DNA of 64,000 bases from Takakia lepidozioides (taxonomy: Eukaryota; Plantae; Bryophyta), in the NCBI GenBank assembly GCA_030704615.1, contig CM060734.1, positions 27,528,001 through 27,592,000 on the forward strand, read 5' to 3'. Below, piece by piece: positions 1-13,000 of the stretch (positions are counted from its first letter, which is position 1; each line of letters starts with the position of its first letter). Made by a program: the position numbers and the translations under genes. Under the pieces are notes generated by a model, which did not search any database, was not told the DNA's origin, and was given only the letters and a program-made list of their open reading frames with translations.

Positions 1-2
1 TT

Positions 3-233
3 CAAGTGTTGCGTCCGCCACCTGTGCTGTTGGATCATGAAAATGAACCTGAGTACGAGGTGGAGGCAGTACTTAAGTCGAGGAGGTTCAAGAACTGAGA
101 AACGGAGTATCTCGTCAAATGGAAGGGCTATCAGCATGTGGAGGCATCTTGGGTGCGTGCCTCAGAAATAGAAAACGCATACGAGGCGGTTGCAGTTTTC
201 GAAGGGCGACCTCAAAAGCGGAAGAAGCGTTGA
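3..233 (+). pseudogene. Chromodomain-bearing C-terminus of a chromovirus (Ty3/gypsy) integrase, one internal stop
   Basis: Frame 3 reads PPPVLLDHENEPEYEVEAVLKSRRFKN*ETEYLVKWKGYQHVEASWVRASEIENA, a chromodomain consensus preceded by the PPP motif; a purine-rich tract follows at about 257-267. Confidence 0.9.
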
Positions 234-600
234 TGGGGACATCAACCTTGGAGCATGGGGGAGGAAATGCATGCTTAGCCCGGCTTAGCTAGCTTAGGAA
301 TCCGATTGCAAAAACTTGTATTGTACAAAAATTTGTTATAAAGGAAATAGGTTCCAAATGTTGTGCGTCCTATTTTGTTTGGAATGGTGATGCATGGTGT
401 GGTTGGCTAGTGTGTAGAATGCATGCTAGCTTACAAAAGTGGGAGAGGTAAATTGGGTTAATCGTGTGTTTGCACAGTGCCAAAATCGGGTGACTCCCAT
501 CCAAGAGGCAAGGTACCTGTCCTAGACTGTCCTGCTCCCCTTTCACCCCCTCATCTTCTTTCTCATGTCTAGCGGACTAGTCGTTGGCTAGGCTTTCAAA

Positions 601-830
601 GGGGGTTGCTATTCCATGAGCTCATGAGCTCATGAGCGGGCATGGCTCACCCATGAGCCACCAAGTAACACACTACGAGTAAATGCAAGTTTTTTTCGGG
701 CCCAAAATGATAAAATAATCAAAAGTAGTATAAGAAGAGTAGGTTTTCGAAGATTTCCGCGCTCATGCTGGAAGCACTCTGCTCATAAGTTCCATTATCC
801 GCTCATGACTTGGAGCCCAAGCTCATGGAC
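601..830 (+). repeat. Left TIR plus subterminal CATGAG/CTCATG motifs
   Basis: gggggttgctattccatgagctcatgagctcatgagcgggcatggctcacccatgagcc, with further gctcat motifs at 761-827. Confidence 0.75.
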
Positions 831-1036
831 CGCCAGCCCAGGTCATAGAAAAACAGAATTCTGGCCAATAACAGCACCGAAATTACCCCAGAGCAAGGCA
901 CGCGCGCAGAATTAGGATTCGGGTTTGTAGACTCCGAAAACGTAATGATGACCTGTAACCGTGGATAGTACTGTTGCAGAAGTGCATGATGGTTGGGTAT
1001 AATGGTGCCGTAATTGGGCACATGAAAAGAAATAGT

Positions 1037-1212
1037 CGGCTGAAGGCTCGGGAGTGAAGCCAATAACGGTGCCGAAATTGGGCACCGCCAACCAAATACC
1101 CAGCTGAAGCCTGCGGAGTGCAACCAATAACGGCGCCAAAATTGGGGTCCGGAAACCAAATACCCGGCTGAAGCCTCCGCAATGCAACCAATAACAGCGC
1201 CGAAATTGAGGA
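1037..1212. repeat. Three tandem units of about 62 bp containing a GCGCCGAAATT-like half-site
   Basis: Unit approximately cggctgaagcct..gagtgcaaccaataacggcgccgaaattgg, repeated three times. Confidence 0.8.
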
Positions 1213-2123
1213 CAGGGTCGACAACTGCCAGATGCAAACTGTCCTGAAACTGGTGCGGATTTGTCTAATAAAAGCACACATGTGGGAGGAAATTAAAGTT
1301 CTGCCGCATACGGCATTGGCAGTGCAGCAATGATATATCCCTGTTCTGCCGGCCTCACTCTCATTTTGCTCTTCTCTCTTCTATTTTGTGCCCAACTCCT
1401 CTCTACTCTCTGTTCTTGCTGTGTCGTGAGGCCATGTCATGCCCGAATCACATCTATCGACGTCAGACGGGACTCATTGCCCCGAAAGCAGACGACATCA
1501 TTGTCTTTCTAGATGTTTACAAGGTCGATCATTGACTTGTCCAACTGAGAGCAATGGAGTTTCTTCCAGGATTCTCCACATTCGAGACACCATCTCCAGC
1601 ATTTGTCAAGACCTACCTAAACCCAAGGCTGCGAAAAGGTGGCCCAGCTTACTGAAGAAGGCCGGGGCCTGCACTGATCGGCCTTTGTCTGTGATGAGAG
1701 CAAGGATTCAAGCAATGAAGCAGCAGCATAAAGATCAAATACGCCACAGATCTGGACTGGGAGAGGTAGTTTGGAGAAGTGGGAGGGTAATTGCCCTGAT
1801 CACGGTGCCGGCCATTTATGCCCCTATGTGCTAGATATATCAGCCAACACGTGACTACTTACATGTAACTCTCCATCATGCACCAACACCACAAGTCAGA
1901 CCATCCAGAGAAGTCACCTTACACGCTCTGTGTGATGCCAACTTTACCACCCACTCCTATTGTCGAATGCCACTGTATGTGCTTGGTACTTATAACATGA
2001 AATCTCAAACTCCACATTTCTATGTTCCAAGAGCCTATACCTCCAATGCTGCCATTATCCTGTCGACATGTGATACTACAACTATTGTTGTTTATGCGTT
2101 TGTGCAGCCTTCTGCCACCAAGT

Positions 2124-2190
2124 GAGGTTTACTATTTCATGAGCCCATGAGCCCATGAGCCTATGAGCCTATGAGCTCATGAGCGGGCAT
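2124..2190 (+). repeat. Second left-type TIR with (CATGAGC)n run, i.e. a nested element end
   Basis: GAGGTTTACTATTTCATGAGC matches the family TIR at 17/21 and is followed by ccatgagcccatgagcctatgagcctatgagctcatgagcgggc. Confidence 0.65.
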
Positions 2191-3629
2191 CCGCGGAATT
2201 GGAATTTTTGTGCCTTTATTGACGGTCTTATGTCCTCATACCTCGATAATAGGGTTTGTTTCTCCTGGTCCAGGATGCGGAATGAGGTATTTCGGTGCCG
2301 TTATTCCACGTCACCACTGTAAAACATTGTGAAGGACAGGAAAGAGACAAAATTGAAGCCCTCACAAGCCATTGTGCTGACAAGGTAATATATTTAGGGT
2401 CAGACGACAGTTCAACTTGCAAACCCCATTCAACTCAACATCAAGCCCACATTGACATGACAGAAAATTGCCATACACGCTCGAAATAAAAACTCAGGAA
2501 ACCACAAGTTTTTATTTTGTACAGCGACCACTCCGAGCTTCCATCATCAGAAATACCACTGCGGCATAAGAAACTTGTGGAACTACCATATCCCGGAGCT
2601 TTTTCCCTCCAATCACCCTGCACAATGTTCCTTACCGCTCTATGCTGCTGCGTTGACATCCACAACATGAACCGCCGAGTCGTCGAACAACAGGTCCAGA
2701 ATTAGGAGTGGTGCGGTAGTTGTCCACTGCGCATTGCCGTTTTCTGGATTAAGATGGCGAACATAAAGATACAAGATATCTATAGAGGTCACGTTCGTGA
2801 AAACATGCAGATATTGGAGGCCTCCTATTGGGACCTCCTCCACAGCGTCGTGAAATTTGCAAACATCCAGGACAAACCTGTTCCGATTCTCCCTTAGTGT
2901 CAACAATATATTCCCTGGTCCAGAAGAGTGAGTGAGCAATTCAAGAGCCCTATCCGGGAGCAAATACTGTGGAGGTGCAGCATAGTTATGGTAGTAAGAC
3001 CTCTAGAACTCGCCGCAGCAACATCTCATGATGAAGAGACGAACACTCCGTCTTCTAGGTCTATCTCGCACAACAAGTATCCACTGTTGTCCACTGGCAG
3101 GCCTCACCCAAAGAGAATCCACAGAAGTGCTCGGAAACTCGTCACCCTGCGTGTACCTTCACTGAAGTCCAACTCCACCATAATGTCTCCCATCACCGGC
3201 TCACGCAATCGCGATCCTCGAATCCCGCTCCGTCGAATGCAGAAGGCATTTACACAGGGCGGCATTGAGGAAGTGTGCGCCCACCGGGAATGGAGAGGGA
3301 CAAGTAATCACTGTTGTGTTTCAACACGGAGATACAAACATTGAAAACCCAATGCGGAACACCTCTCACGTGATCTTCTTTGGGGCAACGGCAATACGTG
3401 CCCCCACTGGCCGACAATGGCTATCCACACATGCAATAAAAAATGACTGCTGCTAGAACGGGCTTGACAAAGAAGGTGCCACGACATTACGGGAAGAAAT
3501 TGTGCTAAAACCGGCGCCGAAATATGGATGAAATGTGCCCCAGTGCAGCGTTCTGCACAGTTTTGGAATTAATTCCGAATCCGATATCTGACTGATAGGT
3601 GTGCTCATGACGGATGAGGACTGGGGAAG

Positions 3630-3712
3630 CGATGAATTTCGGCGCCGAAATTCATATGTTTGTGTATGAAAGCACTTGCATAGGATGAATTTCGGCGCCG
3701 AAATTCATCCGT
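3630..3712. repeat. Pair of perfect palindromes ATGAATTTCGGCGCCGAAATTCAT, centres 53 bp apart
   Basis: GGCGCC at 3641 and 3694; the second extends to the 28-bp palindrome GGATGAATTTCGGCGCCGAAATTCATCC. Confidence 0.9.
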
Positions 3713-4114
3713 CCGCTGATGAAACGTGCCGACCTAACTTTTGAATATCGGTAGGCAGGGGAATTTCATGGCAGTTGGGTTTCATGATGTGCGGATAGTG
3801 CATTCAATGCCGGCTGCTCCGGGAACAGCATCCGGTGAACGGAACGGTATTTCGGCGCCGCAATTCGGATAAGCGTCTTCTACTGCTGGCTTGAACAGGC
3901 ACGCATCGCGTTCCAGTCGAGTTCATCCGTGCGAACGTGTCAGGGGTCGCAATCTCTTCATCACCCATACGGCGGAAAGTGGTGGACGGTGGCAACGCTT
4001 GGGGAGACGTGGCTGCTTGTGCATCTGCTCGTGCACAGTGGTTGCATGTTCCACCGCTTTGCTCTCTCGCTCCTTGCCCTTCTGCGGTGACATTCTCCTG
4101 CGTTTCCTCTCCTT

Positions 4115-6901
4115 ATGCAGCATAGTGATAACATAGAGTTTGTGGAAGGTCAGGCGACTCCGGCGCAGAGAAGGAGGACGCGGGATTTTGGGAAGCCGCC
4201 GACGACACGACTTAAGCTCCGTCTCATGCAAGAAATGCAGACCTCGTTATCCGGAGACTCGGATCGCCCACCAGTGAGAGATTCGTGCTTCGCGGATGTG
4301 AAACACTCCATACGCACTATTCCTTTTACACCCTTTTTTTTGCGTGCAGTGTGTCATGTTTTCCTGTTTGTTTGACATGGGAGCTGGGGAGGGATCGCAG
4401 GGGGGCGAGCCAACACAGTCAACTTTGGATACTCCTGCTCGAGTGTTGCGCTCGCAAGGTGGAAGTGCATCGAGGCAGGCGACTCCTCACAGAACACCTT
4501 AGAAATCGCCTCAGAAAAGCCCACCTAGAGTCCGGAAGCCGAGGAAGCAAAATGAGCCCATGGTTTTGCCTGTAAAACCACTTGGGAGACTAGAAGCCGA
4601 GATATTTGGGTTTGCAGGCAGTTTCAGAAAACACGGATGCGGTGGAGGCCGCTGGAAATGTCGGACTCGGATCTGCAGAAGGGCGGCCCATTGAGCTGAC
4701 AGAAGCAGAGGACGACAACGTGGTGCGATTTGACGACTTCCCAGGAGATCAGAACCTGGTGGAGCTTGCAAAGGAGCAAAACCTCCAGGACAACAGACAG
4801 GCTGGTGAGAGAGGTGAGAGAAGTGAGAGAGGTGATAGAAGTCAGAAACTGGTGGCGGGTATGCTCATGAGCGCACGAGACATGAACATAGCAGCAAACA
4901 GGTTGCTGGCAGAGACTCATAGCAACATAGGCCACGTTTTGGGCTCCATGGTGTATCCGGAGAACCTCAAAGTTCCTTTGTGTCACATGGTTAGCCTTCC
5001 AGTTGTAAGGCAAGCACTGCCAGGGGACATCGATCGACTGAAGCACAACTTCAGAGAGGGGTATAGACAGGGGTCGATAGCATTCTACATTAGAATGACC
5101 AGGGTGTCACAAGGAGCCCCACTGCAGAGGAGCTTCAGAATTGGAGCCCCCACTGGCACACTGTAAATGCCGAGTTTGAAGCCTCTCTGAAGACTAATCC
5201 CACATTCGCACACATGGCAGGGAAGATGTTCTTCGTTTGGGACGAGAATCATAGGATGTTTGCCTGGACCGAGTACATTGCTGAAATGCATCCGCAAGAT
5301 ATCAATTGGCATTACATGGTGGACTGCATTGTCGTGAAGGTGGACGTCAGGGACAAATGACTGCTGAAGGGTACCATGGCGGATATAAATCTGTAAGTAT
5401 ACTACTACATCCTTGTGTAGTGCCTATTGCGGCGCCGAAATAGGCAATGTTCTCGACTGTCATCCACTCTATGAACTGGAAATTGGATTGCTGTGCCGAA
5501 ATCTGGTTATTTTTGTATCATATTTTCATGTTGTTTTTTTTTTGTTTCTCCATGGCAGGGATCAGTGGCTTTGACTGTATCCGCTGGATGTGGAAATGCA
5601 TACAAACATCAGGGATGACTTGGCCTATGCCAAAATGCAGTTCTTTGAGAGTGATGCCCCCAACAAGGTGGACGCGTCGATAGAGAGTCACATTGTGCAG
5701 GCAGGGAGGCAATCACGGACCAAGTACAGGTCCAAACTTGTGAAGCAAGTTGCAATCGCTGACCCTGGTCTTGGTTCCGAGTTCCTGGCGGAGATAGGAC
5801 TGCATTACTCCAGACCCATGAAACTGGAAATGTCCATGGAGAAACTTCATCACATCGCAGTGTCCTGTGTTGAGTCGGCGGAGAAGGTTAGCATGTGTTT
5901 GTTCTTGTTTTGTGTCTTCTCGTGATTCTCATGATAAGGTTCTTTTGTCTGACCGATGTTAGGCCATGCAGACGAGGTGGCTGCGAATCTGGAACGGCCA
6001 TATAAACACGAAGCTGTTGTACTACTTTCCCATCGAGCCAACAGACGACAAAATGAATGATTGGCTCAATGTGATGACTTGGTGGCATCAGGTATAATTT
6101 CCTCTTCTTTTGTGTGTTGGACATCATTGCAATTTCAAATTCATGAATGTTTTGGAGACCTGCAATGCTGCAGGTACTGACCCACGCCCAGGAGCAATTG
6201 GATTGCAACACCACCACTTTCAAATTACAGATCGACTGGGCAAAACCAGAGACAATGGAGAACTACGTGCAGTCCTAGCGAGGGCGCTTCGCAAACCTCT
6301 TTTTCAGAGAAATTGCAAAGGCAAGATGCAGCGTATACATCGAAGAGCAGGAGGGTGCTGACAAAGCGGCAATGTGAGTCCTGTTCAGGTAATCTGCTGC
6401 CAATGCATCCCCCTATTTGCAGTTTTAAGGATTTAGCTAAGCAACGGTGGGTATTGCGGCGCCGAAATATACCTTTGCAAGATGTGAATGCTGGGTAATT
6501 GGGGCACGGTCCACTGCGTAATTTGGTGCCGAAATACCTTCTGCATTCATAACTTCCTCTTGCATGATGCATCAGTAGCATGATTTTTGTTGAACTGGCT
6601 TGTGATTGCAGGTACATAAATTTTGCTCTCATTCCGTCCGGAGCCATTCAAAGGGTTCCACCATTCTTCCTGGCGTGGAGGACACTTGGAGGTCGTGGTA
6701 CCATGTACACAGAAGTAATGGCGAAGGAGTGGCATGCCGAGCATTTGATAGACTGTCCCTGGTATGTGGATCTCCCAAGTGGGACCGTTGACCTATCGGA
6801 GGTTAACTTGAAGAAGGAAGCGAATGCCTGGGCTATGAAGGCGCATTTGGATCCCCAACCAGAGGACACGGAAAAACTGAAAATAGAGGAGGCAGCAAAG
6901 C
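4115..6901 (+). pseudogene. Truncated multi-exon ParB/Srx-domain gene (paralog of 10040-15902), lacking the methyltransferase half
   Basis: THSNIGHVLGSMVYPENLKVPLCHMVSLPVVRQALPGDIDRLK...KMFFVWDENHRMFAW (DENHR at 5241), KYRSKLVKQVAIADP and PPFFLAWR..KEWHAEHLIDCPWYVDLP are colinear with the downstream copy. Shared GT intron position after MADIN. Frameshifted and cut at about 6901. Confidence 0.8.
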
Positions 6902-7855
6902 AGCGCACCCGCACACCATCAAGCATCTTCATGCTGGTGATTTTGGTAACGCACCAAGGATGACCGTCATGTTTTCTATCCATATCTGTCAACATTCCGG
7001 ACGCCCTCGAGTAGTCCGCCCTAGGAGGGAACTCAAAGAAGATATTACTGTCGACGTCGGCGGGAAGGCATGTAACCAATTTAATTGCAAACTTGCTGTA
7101 GTCCAGCCCGGCCAGCTCCGACCGGTGTCCCTCCAGGTGAAGCCCTCGAAGAATTTCAAGAATAGATCGAACTGCGGTGCTCGTGCTGGGAATATGACTC
7201 CCTCCTCCACTGACGTCCATTGAGGACTTGCCTGATCTCCAGGACGACCTCGGAACTTCCATGACCTCATCTGCGTCGGACAGGTTGTGAACAACCCGGT
7301 TCTCGCTCGTCTTCATGGATGGGTTCGGCTCTGGATTTACTTCGTTGCGGACTTCTCTCTTTGAGGTAGCCACTCTCTGATTCGCGGATTGTTTCGTGGA
7401 AGGCGCCAGGATAGAAGGTGCATTTGGCGGGCAAATGAAGTCACCAACAGCCCTGTATATGACGCTGTCCGATGGTGGAACTCGCCATTCCCTGCCATCG
7501 CCGAAATCATCGTGGAGCACAACAATACTCTCGACAACAAGGCCATTTGAGTCCTTCCTTTCTCTCCAAAAAAAAAACCGACCCCGGTTTCAGTGTGGTA
7601 TCGAACGCACAGATATTTCTCCATCAATCACCCCGGCAGATGTCCCCTCTGCACGGAAATGAAGCTCTATGCTCGTGAGGAGGGCAGTACACTGTAGCGC
7701 TCGGGTTTTCCGCATGGAAGATGTGCACACAAGACTGCCAGGATGGCGTGCGGGGAAGCTCCCTGGTAGAAGGGGGATGCAGCGATGGGAAGGAATGCGG
7801 TGCCGATTTGTCCGAGCGACGAAGCCTGATCCAAATCCAGGGAGCCAACTATCTC
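6902..7855 (-). pseudogene. 5' fragment of GCM-finger MULE transposase (near-identical to 24503-25445)
   Basis: ORF 6648-7520 reads LTDMDRKHDGHPWCVTKITSMKMLDGVRVR, then breaks off at about 6902 where the ParB gene remnant begins. Confidence 0.8.
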
Positions 7856-8019
7856 AAAAATCCACAGTCAGAGTGTTAATGAACCTTGTCTCCGGAATGC
7901 GGCCCCTGGTCTTTGCGCAATAACTGCCAACGGTATGCAGTCAGAAAGTGGGGGGCCGTCCGGATGATGTCGGCTGAGGGGGAGAAGCCGGCACCGTGCC
8001 GTCACATTACTACCCCTGA

Positions 8020-9830
8020 ATGGAAATTCGGCACCCAATATCCAACAGGGGCCGCACGGATGAAGTCGTCTGGGGCAGAGATGCCGGCACCTGTCCGACA
8101 GAGAACATCCCCCGGATGGAAATTCAGCGCCGAATTTCCATTCGGATCCCCCCAAAGGAAGTCCTGTCGGGGGGTCAGGTCGAAAACTGGCCGACATAAA
8201 ACCTCCGCGGATGCAAAAACGGCGCCGAATTTCCAACAGAGGACCCGGATGAAGTCGACTCGGGCGCAGAGGCCGGAGTGTGTGCGACAGAGAACATCCC
8301 CTGGATGGAGATTCGGCGCCGAATTTCCATCCGGGCCCCCCAAAGGGAGTCGTGTCGGAGGGTCAGGCCGAAAACTGGACGGCATAAAAACATCCCCAGA
8401 TGGAAAAACGGCGCCGAATTTCCATCCGGGGCGGTTCGGATGCAGTCGGGGAGGGGGGAGTGGCCTGCACTTGGCCGTCACATTTCAACCCCCGGACGAA
8501 AATTCGCACCGAAATATCGAACAGGGGACGCCCGGATGAAGTCGCCTCGGGCGCAGAGGCCGGCGAGGATGCGACAGAGAACATCCCCTGGACGGAGATT
8601 CGGCGCCGAATTTCCATCCGGGCCCCCCCCAAGGAAGTCTTGTCGGGGGGTCAGACCGAAACTGGCCGACATAAAAACCTCCACAGATGGGGAAAACGGC
8701 GCCGAATTTTCAATTCGGGGCCGTTCCTCCAATGCAGTCGGGGAGAAGGGAGAGGTCGGCACCTGGCCGTCATATTTCAACCCCCGGGACGGAAATTCGG
8801 CACCGAATATCCAACAAGCGGCGGAGAGGCGGCACTTCTCCGACAGAGACCATCCCCCGGATGGAAATTCGGCGCCGAATTTCCATCCAGCAGGTAAGTG
8901 GAATCCCGGATGGATGGAGATTGGGCGCCGAATTTCCATCCAGCAGGTAAGTGGACCCGGATGGATGGAGATCGGCGCCCGAATTTCCATCCAGCAGGTA
9001 AGTGAATCCCGGATGGATGGAGATTCGGCGCCGAATTTCAATCCTGCAGGTAGCGGCGCGAATTTCCATCCAGCAGGTAAGTCCGATCGGTGCCGTATGG
9101 ATATTCGGCGCCGAATTTCCATCCCATGTATTAGGTGCTTCCGGCAGGTAATTCCCACCTTCGCAGGTAATTTTCCAGATGAGAATTACCTTCCTGCAGG
9201 TAATTCCAATCGATGTTAATTCCTCGTCCATAATTACCTACACGAAGGTAATCTCATCTGGGAATTACTTATATGGGAATTACCTGCATAAGGTAATTCC
9301 TCGCTACATGGCGAAGGAAATTCGCGCCGAATCCATACGGCACCGGCTGGAAATTCGGCGCCGAATTCGCCACTTACCTGCTGGATGGAAATTCGGCGCC
9401 GAATTTTATTCATCCGGGATTCGAATTACCTGCAGGATGGAAATTCGGCGCCGAATTACCTCTTGAGGAAATTTGGCGCACCGCCCTACCTGCGCGGATG
9501 GAAATTCGGCGCCGGATTCCATCCGCGCGCTTCCGAATTACCTGCGTGAGGAAATTTCTGCGATGGAATTCGGCGCCGGATTTCCATCCTTCCGAATTAC
9601 CTGCGTGAGGGAAATTTGCCGCCCTACCTCCGCGGATGGAAATTCGGCGCCGGATTTCCATCCGCGGGCTTCCGAATTACCTGCGTGAGGGAAATTTCCG
9701 CCGCCCTTCCTCGCGGATGGAAATTCGGCGCCGGATCCATCCGCCGCTCCGAATTACCTGCAGGATGGAAATCCGCGCCGGAATTCCATCGTGCAGCGCT
9801 CCGAATTACCTCTACGTTGGAAATTCCGGG
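8020..9830. repeat. Head-to-head array of roughly 25 palindromes, consensus GGATGGAAATTCGGCGCCGAATTTCCATCC
   Basis: A perfect 30-bp palindrome lies at 8859-8888. Higher-order units of about 235 bp (8020-8830), then units of about 53 bp. The linker motif CAGGTAAG/CAGGTAAT switches strand around 9200-9300. Confidence 0.95.
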
Positions 9831-10039
9831 ACTGTTTCGTCGATTTTCATCCGACATGGAGGGCTTCATCCGACATTTAATTGCGCAGTTGGGCAATAAA
9901 TGTCGACGGCCGTCGGTTATTATTCGGGCTGGCGACGCATGGCTTCTTGGACACGTACCCTAAATCTCATGCTAAACTTGGCTTAACATGGTATTCCAGG
10001 CATGTACCCCAAAAAAGGAGATCTTTTTGGCTGGGACTT

Positions 10040-13000
10040 ATGCCGCCTGAAGGGCGTGGCTCTCCTGAGAGAGACCTCACATCCAGACCGCGGCGGAAGT
10101 TGAAAGCTCTGTACTACGGACGACGGCCAATCTCTCGCATGGCCAAACTGAAGCTCCAGCAGGAGATTCCAGTGTCTTGCTCACAACCTGCGCCAACTGA
10201 AGCCGAGTACTCTCAGGCAAGCCACTTCTGCTTTCGGTTTGTTCGATTTATTTTTTTGCTTCGCTTTGTTACCTCGCTTTGTTTTGCATCTTCATCCTGG
10301 CTTTGCTGTATGAGTGAACTTTAGATAGTTGAGTGAACCTTAGATTGTTTGCAATGCGTGTGCAAATCCGGCAGCTCTGGAGAAGGCTGCTTGTGCATGT
10401 CATTCTAGGCAATGGTTGCATTTGTTTTCATTGTTGTTGCATGGCTCTCCATACTTCCTAAACTTGTTATGTTTTCATTTTTGCTACATGATTGTTGCTA
10501 TGGTGGTTGCGCTGCTCGTTGCGATGCTGCTTTTTGCACCGATGTTGGATTTTTGTCAATGACAGAGTGACGACGAGCCCGGCACGCTGGTGGTATCATC
10601 GACAGGCTCCAACTCATCGACATGTTTGAATCGCCCAACTTGGGCGAGAGGGCAAACTTAAACCTTTTGTTGGTGGGACGGGAGGACTTGCAACGAGAGT
10701 ACGACAGAAGGCATTGGGGGAGGTTGGTGCAGGCGGCATGGCAGGTGAAGGGCGTGAGGACATGAGGACAGCAGATCCGGCAATGGAGGTTGTTCATGCA
10801 CATGCAGTAGGGCCCGCCCACGCAAGAAAAAGAAGAAAGCTAAGCACATGCAATCCCCGGCGAGAGAGCCGTCACGGGCTGCGGAGGGGGGAGTGAGCAG
10901 TGCGCGCGAGGGGTGTCAGTTCGCCTCAATCAAAGGTGGTCGCCTGGAGGGCTCCCTGCTGCTAGCCCTAGTAAGAAACAGAAAGCCCGTGAGAGGGCAA
11001 AAGAGAGGGCAAAAGACAGACGAGACAGAATGCTAGCCAGGAGGAAAGAGAAAAAGGCACTGAAGAGGCCAGGGGTGCCCAAATGACAGATGCCAATGTA
11101 AGCGAGGGACGCACAGAGACGGTGGATCCCTCAAGACACCACAGAGAGGCAGTAACACACCGGTTAGACCATCGCGGGCAAGAGCAGCCCCCGCAATTAC
11201 CCATACGGTGGAGAGTGGAGGAGAGGAAAGAACACCTGAAAGAGCACGGATTGTGCAAGTTCGAGGTGAAGCCAGGGAGAGGGCAGTAGAGACGACGAGA
11301 GTGCTGGAGGTGGTTTCGCAGGTGGCTGACCCTGTTGAGGAGGACGACAGGAGGTTTCTGACCAGGATGACATCCTCCCGGACATCCCCAGGCCCCAAAC
11401 CCGGAGCATACAGGCTGGATTTGGCGGTCCTGGTGGGCTGCCGGAAAACCCCTCTGCAGCAGACGTCATGTCTGAGGCGGATATGAAGTTGGCCGCTGCC
11501 AAGATGTTGGAGGCAACCCACAGCAACATTGGCAGGGTGCTGGGGGGCATGGTGTACCCGGCCAAGCTTCGAATTCCCCTTTGCCGCTTGGTGTCATTGC
11601 AGGTGGTGAGACCTGCCCTCCCAGGCGATATCGACAAGCTGAAATTCTCTTTCCGGGATGGATATCGAATGGGGTCTGCCGCGTTTTACGTTTCCATTGA
11701 GAACGACCACGGAGCTTCCCGTGCCCACACTTCCGATGAGGTGGACAAATGGGGTCCCCATTGGCAAACGCGAAATGAGGAGTTCGAGAGATCGATTGCT
11801 AGTGATCCTCTTTTCCAGCACATGTCCGGTAAGATGTTCTACGTGTGGGACGGCAATCATCGCCTCCTGGCATGGATGGAGCACATTGCCCAAGCCCACC
11901 CCAACGATCTCGATTGGCATTTCGCCGTGATTGTGTTGTGCTGAAGGTTGCGGGGCCCAAAGATCGCAGTCTTCTCAAAGCTGCAATGGCCGACATCAAC
12001 TCGTAAGCTACAACCCCTCTCGCTTTTGGACTTTGAATTTGGAAGTCATTTCATTGCGAATCCTCATATATGATGAAAAATTCCCATTTCAGTATTGTTT
12101 GATGGAAATGTGGCACTGCAGGGTGACTGAGAATGCCTTCATTGCCACCAACTTGTCCCATATGCTCTTCCGAGTGAAGGATGTCGGGAAGCAGGGGTGC
12201 AAGAGTTTGCCAATTCCCTCAGTGCCGACCTCCTGCGCAAGTCGGAGGCAAAGGCAGACAGAACCTGGTATAGGCTGAGCGTCGACGCCATGGTGGACTA
12301 CATATTTCGGGTAAAGCTCCTGACAGTTTTGTTGAGCTAATCTGTCTCTCCTCCCCAATAGAAGAAATTGTGTTGAGCAGGATCTCTAATCTTATGTGCG
12401 CATTCTTGACAGACGAAAATACAGCAGGATTTGGCACATGCGCGGAGGTTCTACATGGAGTCAGAGGAGAAGAATCCAACCCTCCCGGAACTCGAATCGT
12501 ATGTCAAAGCTGCGGAGGTGAGGGCCCGCATAAAGTACAAGTCGCGGATGGTAAAGTACGTGGCCATAGCTGATCCGCCCTTGGTGCCGACTTTCTGGTG
12601 GAGGTGGGGAAGCACTACTCTCGCGCTCTGAAGCCCACGATGACATTGGAGAAGCTCCATCGTCTAGCCACATCCTGTGTGGATGCAACAGAAAAGGTGA
12701 TACATTCTTAACCAAATTGTGGTGGCAACAACTCCTTTTGTGGTGTTTGGCGCTTACGAATATGCTGGGTGGTTGGACAGACCCGGTGGCTCCAAATCTG
12801 GAATGGTTCCCAAAGTACCAGGGACATGTGGAGCTTCCCCAAACCGGACAAACTCTCTGACCCCACATTCGACATGTGGATGAACCGCATGACATGGTGG
12901 TTTCAGGTACTTCCCCACGCTTCGTTTGGGGCTTCTACTCTAGTAGGGGGTGGATTCATTGTATTTTTTGAGGAAAGCGATCTGATGGACAATCTCCACA

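Noticed and set aside
592-600. TSD for the 601-16122 element
   Set aside because: The flanks gctttcaaa and attgaagtt are not direct repeats; the two ends probably come from different insertions.
268-600. 3' LTR of the chromovirus
   Set aside because: The position fits, but there is no second LTR or clear terminus in the window to confirm it.
8888-9085. Repeated CAG/GTAAGT as functional 5' splice sites
   Set aside because: No exon or acceptor context is visible; treated only as an array linker motif.
8020-9830. CRISPR-like repeat-spacer array
   Set aside because: The linkers are themselves repeated rather than unique spacers, there are no cas genes, and the context is eukaryotic.
7868-9963. 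Many overlapping ORFs (MEIRRRISI, WKFGAEF, DGNSAPNF)
   Set aside because: These are translations of palindromic repeats in all six frames, with no coding evidence. The same applies to 25467-26550, 45749-46283, 48394-49171 and 53709-54125.
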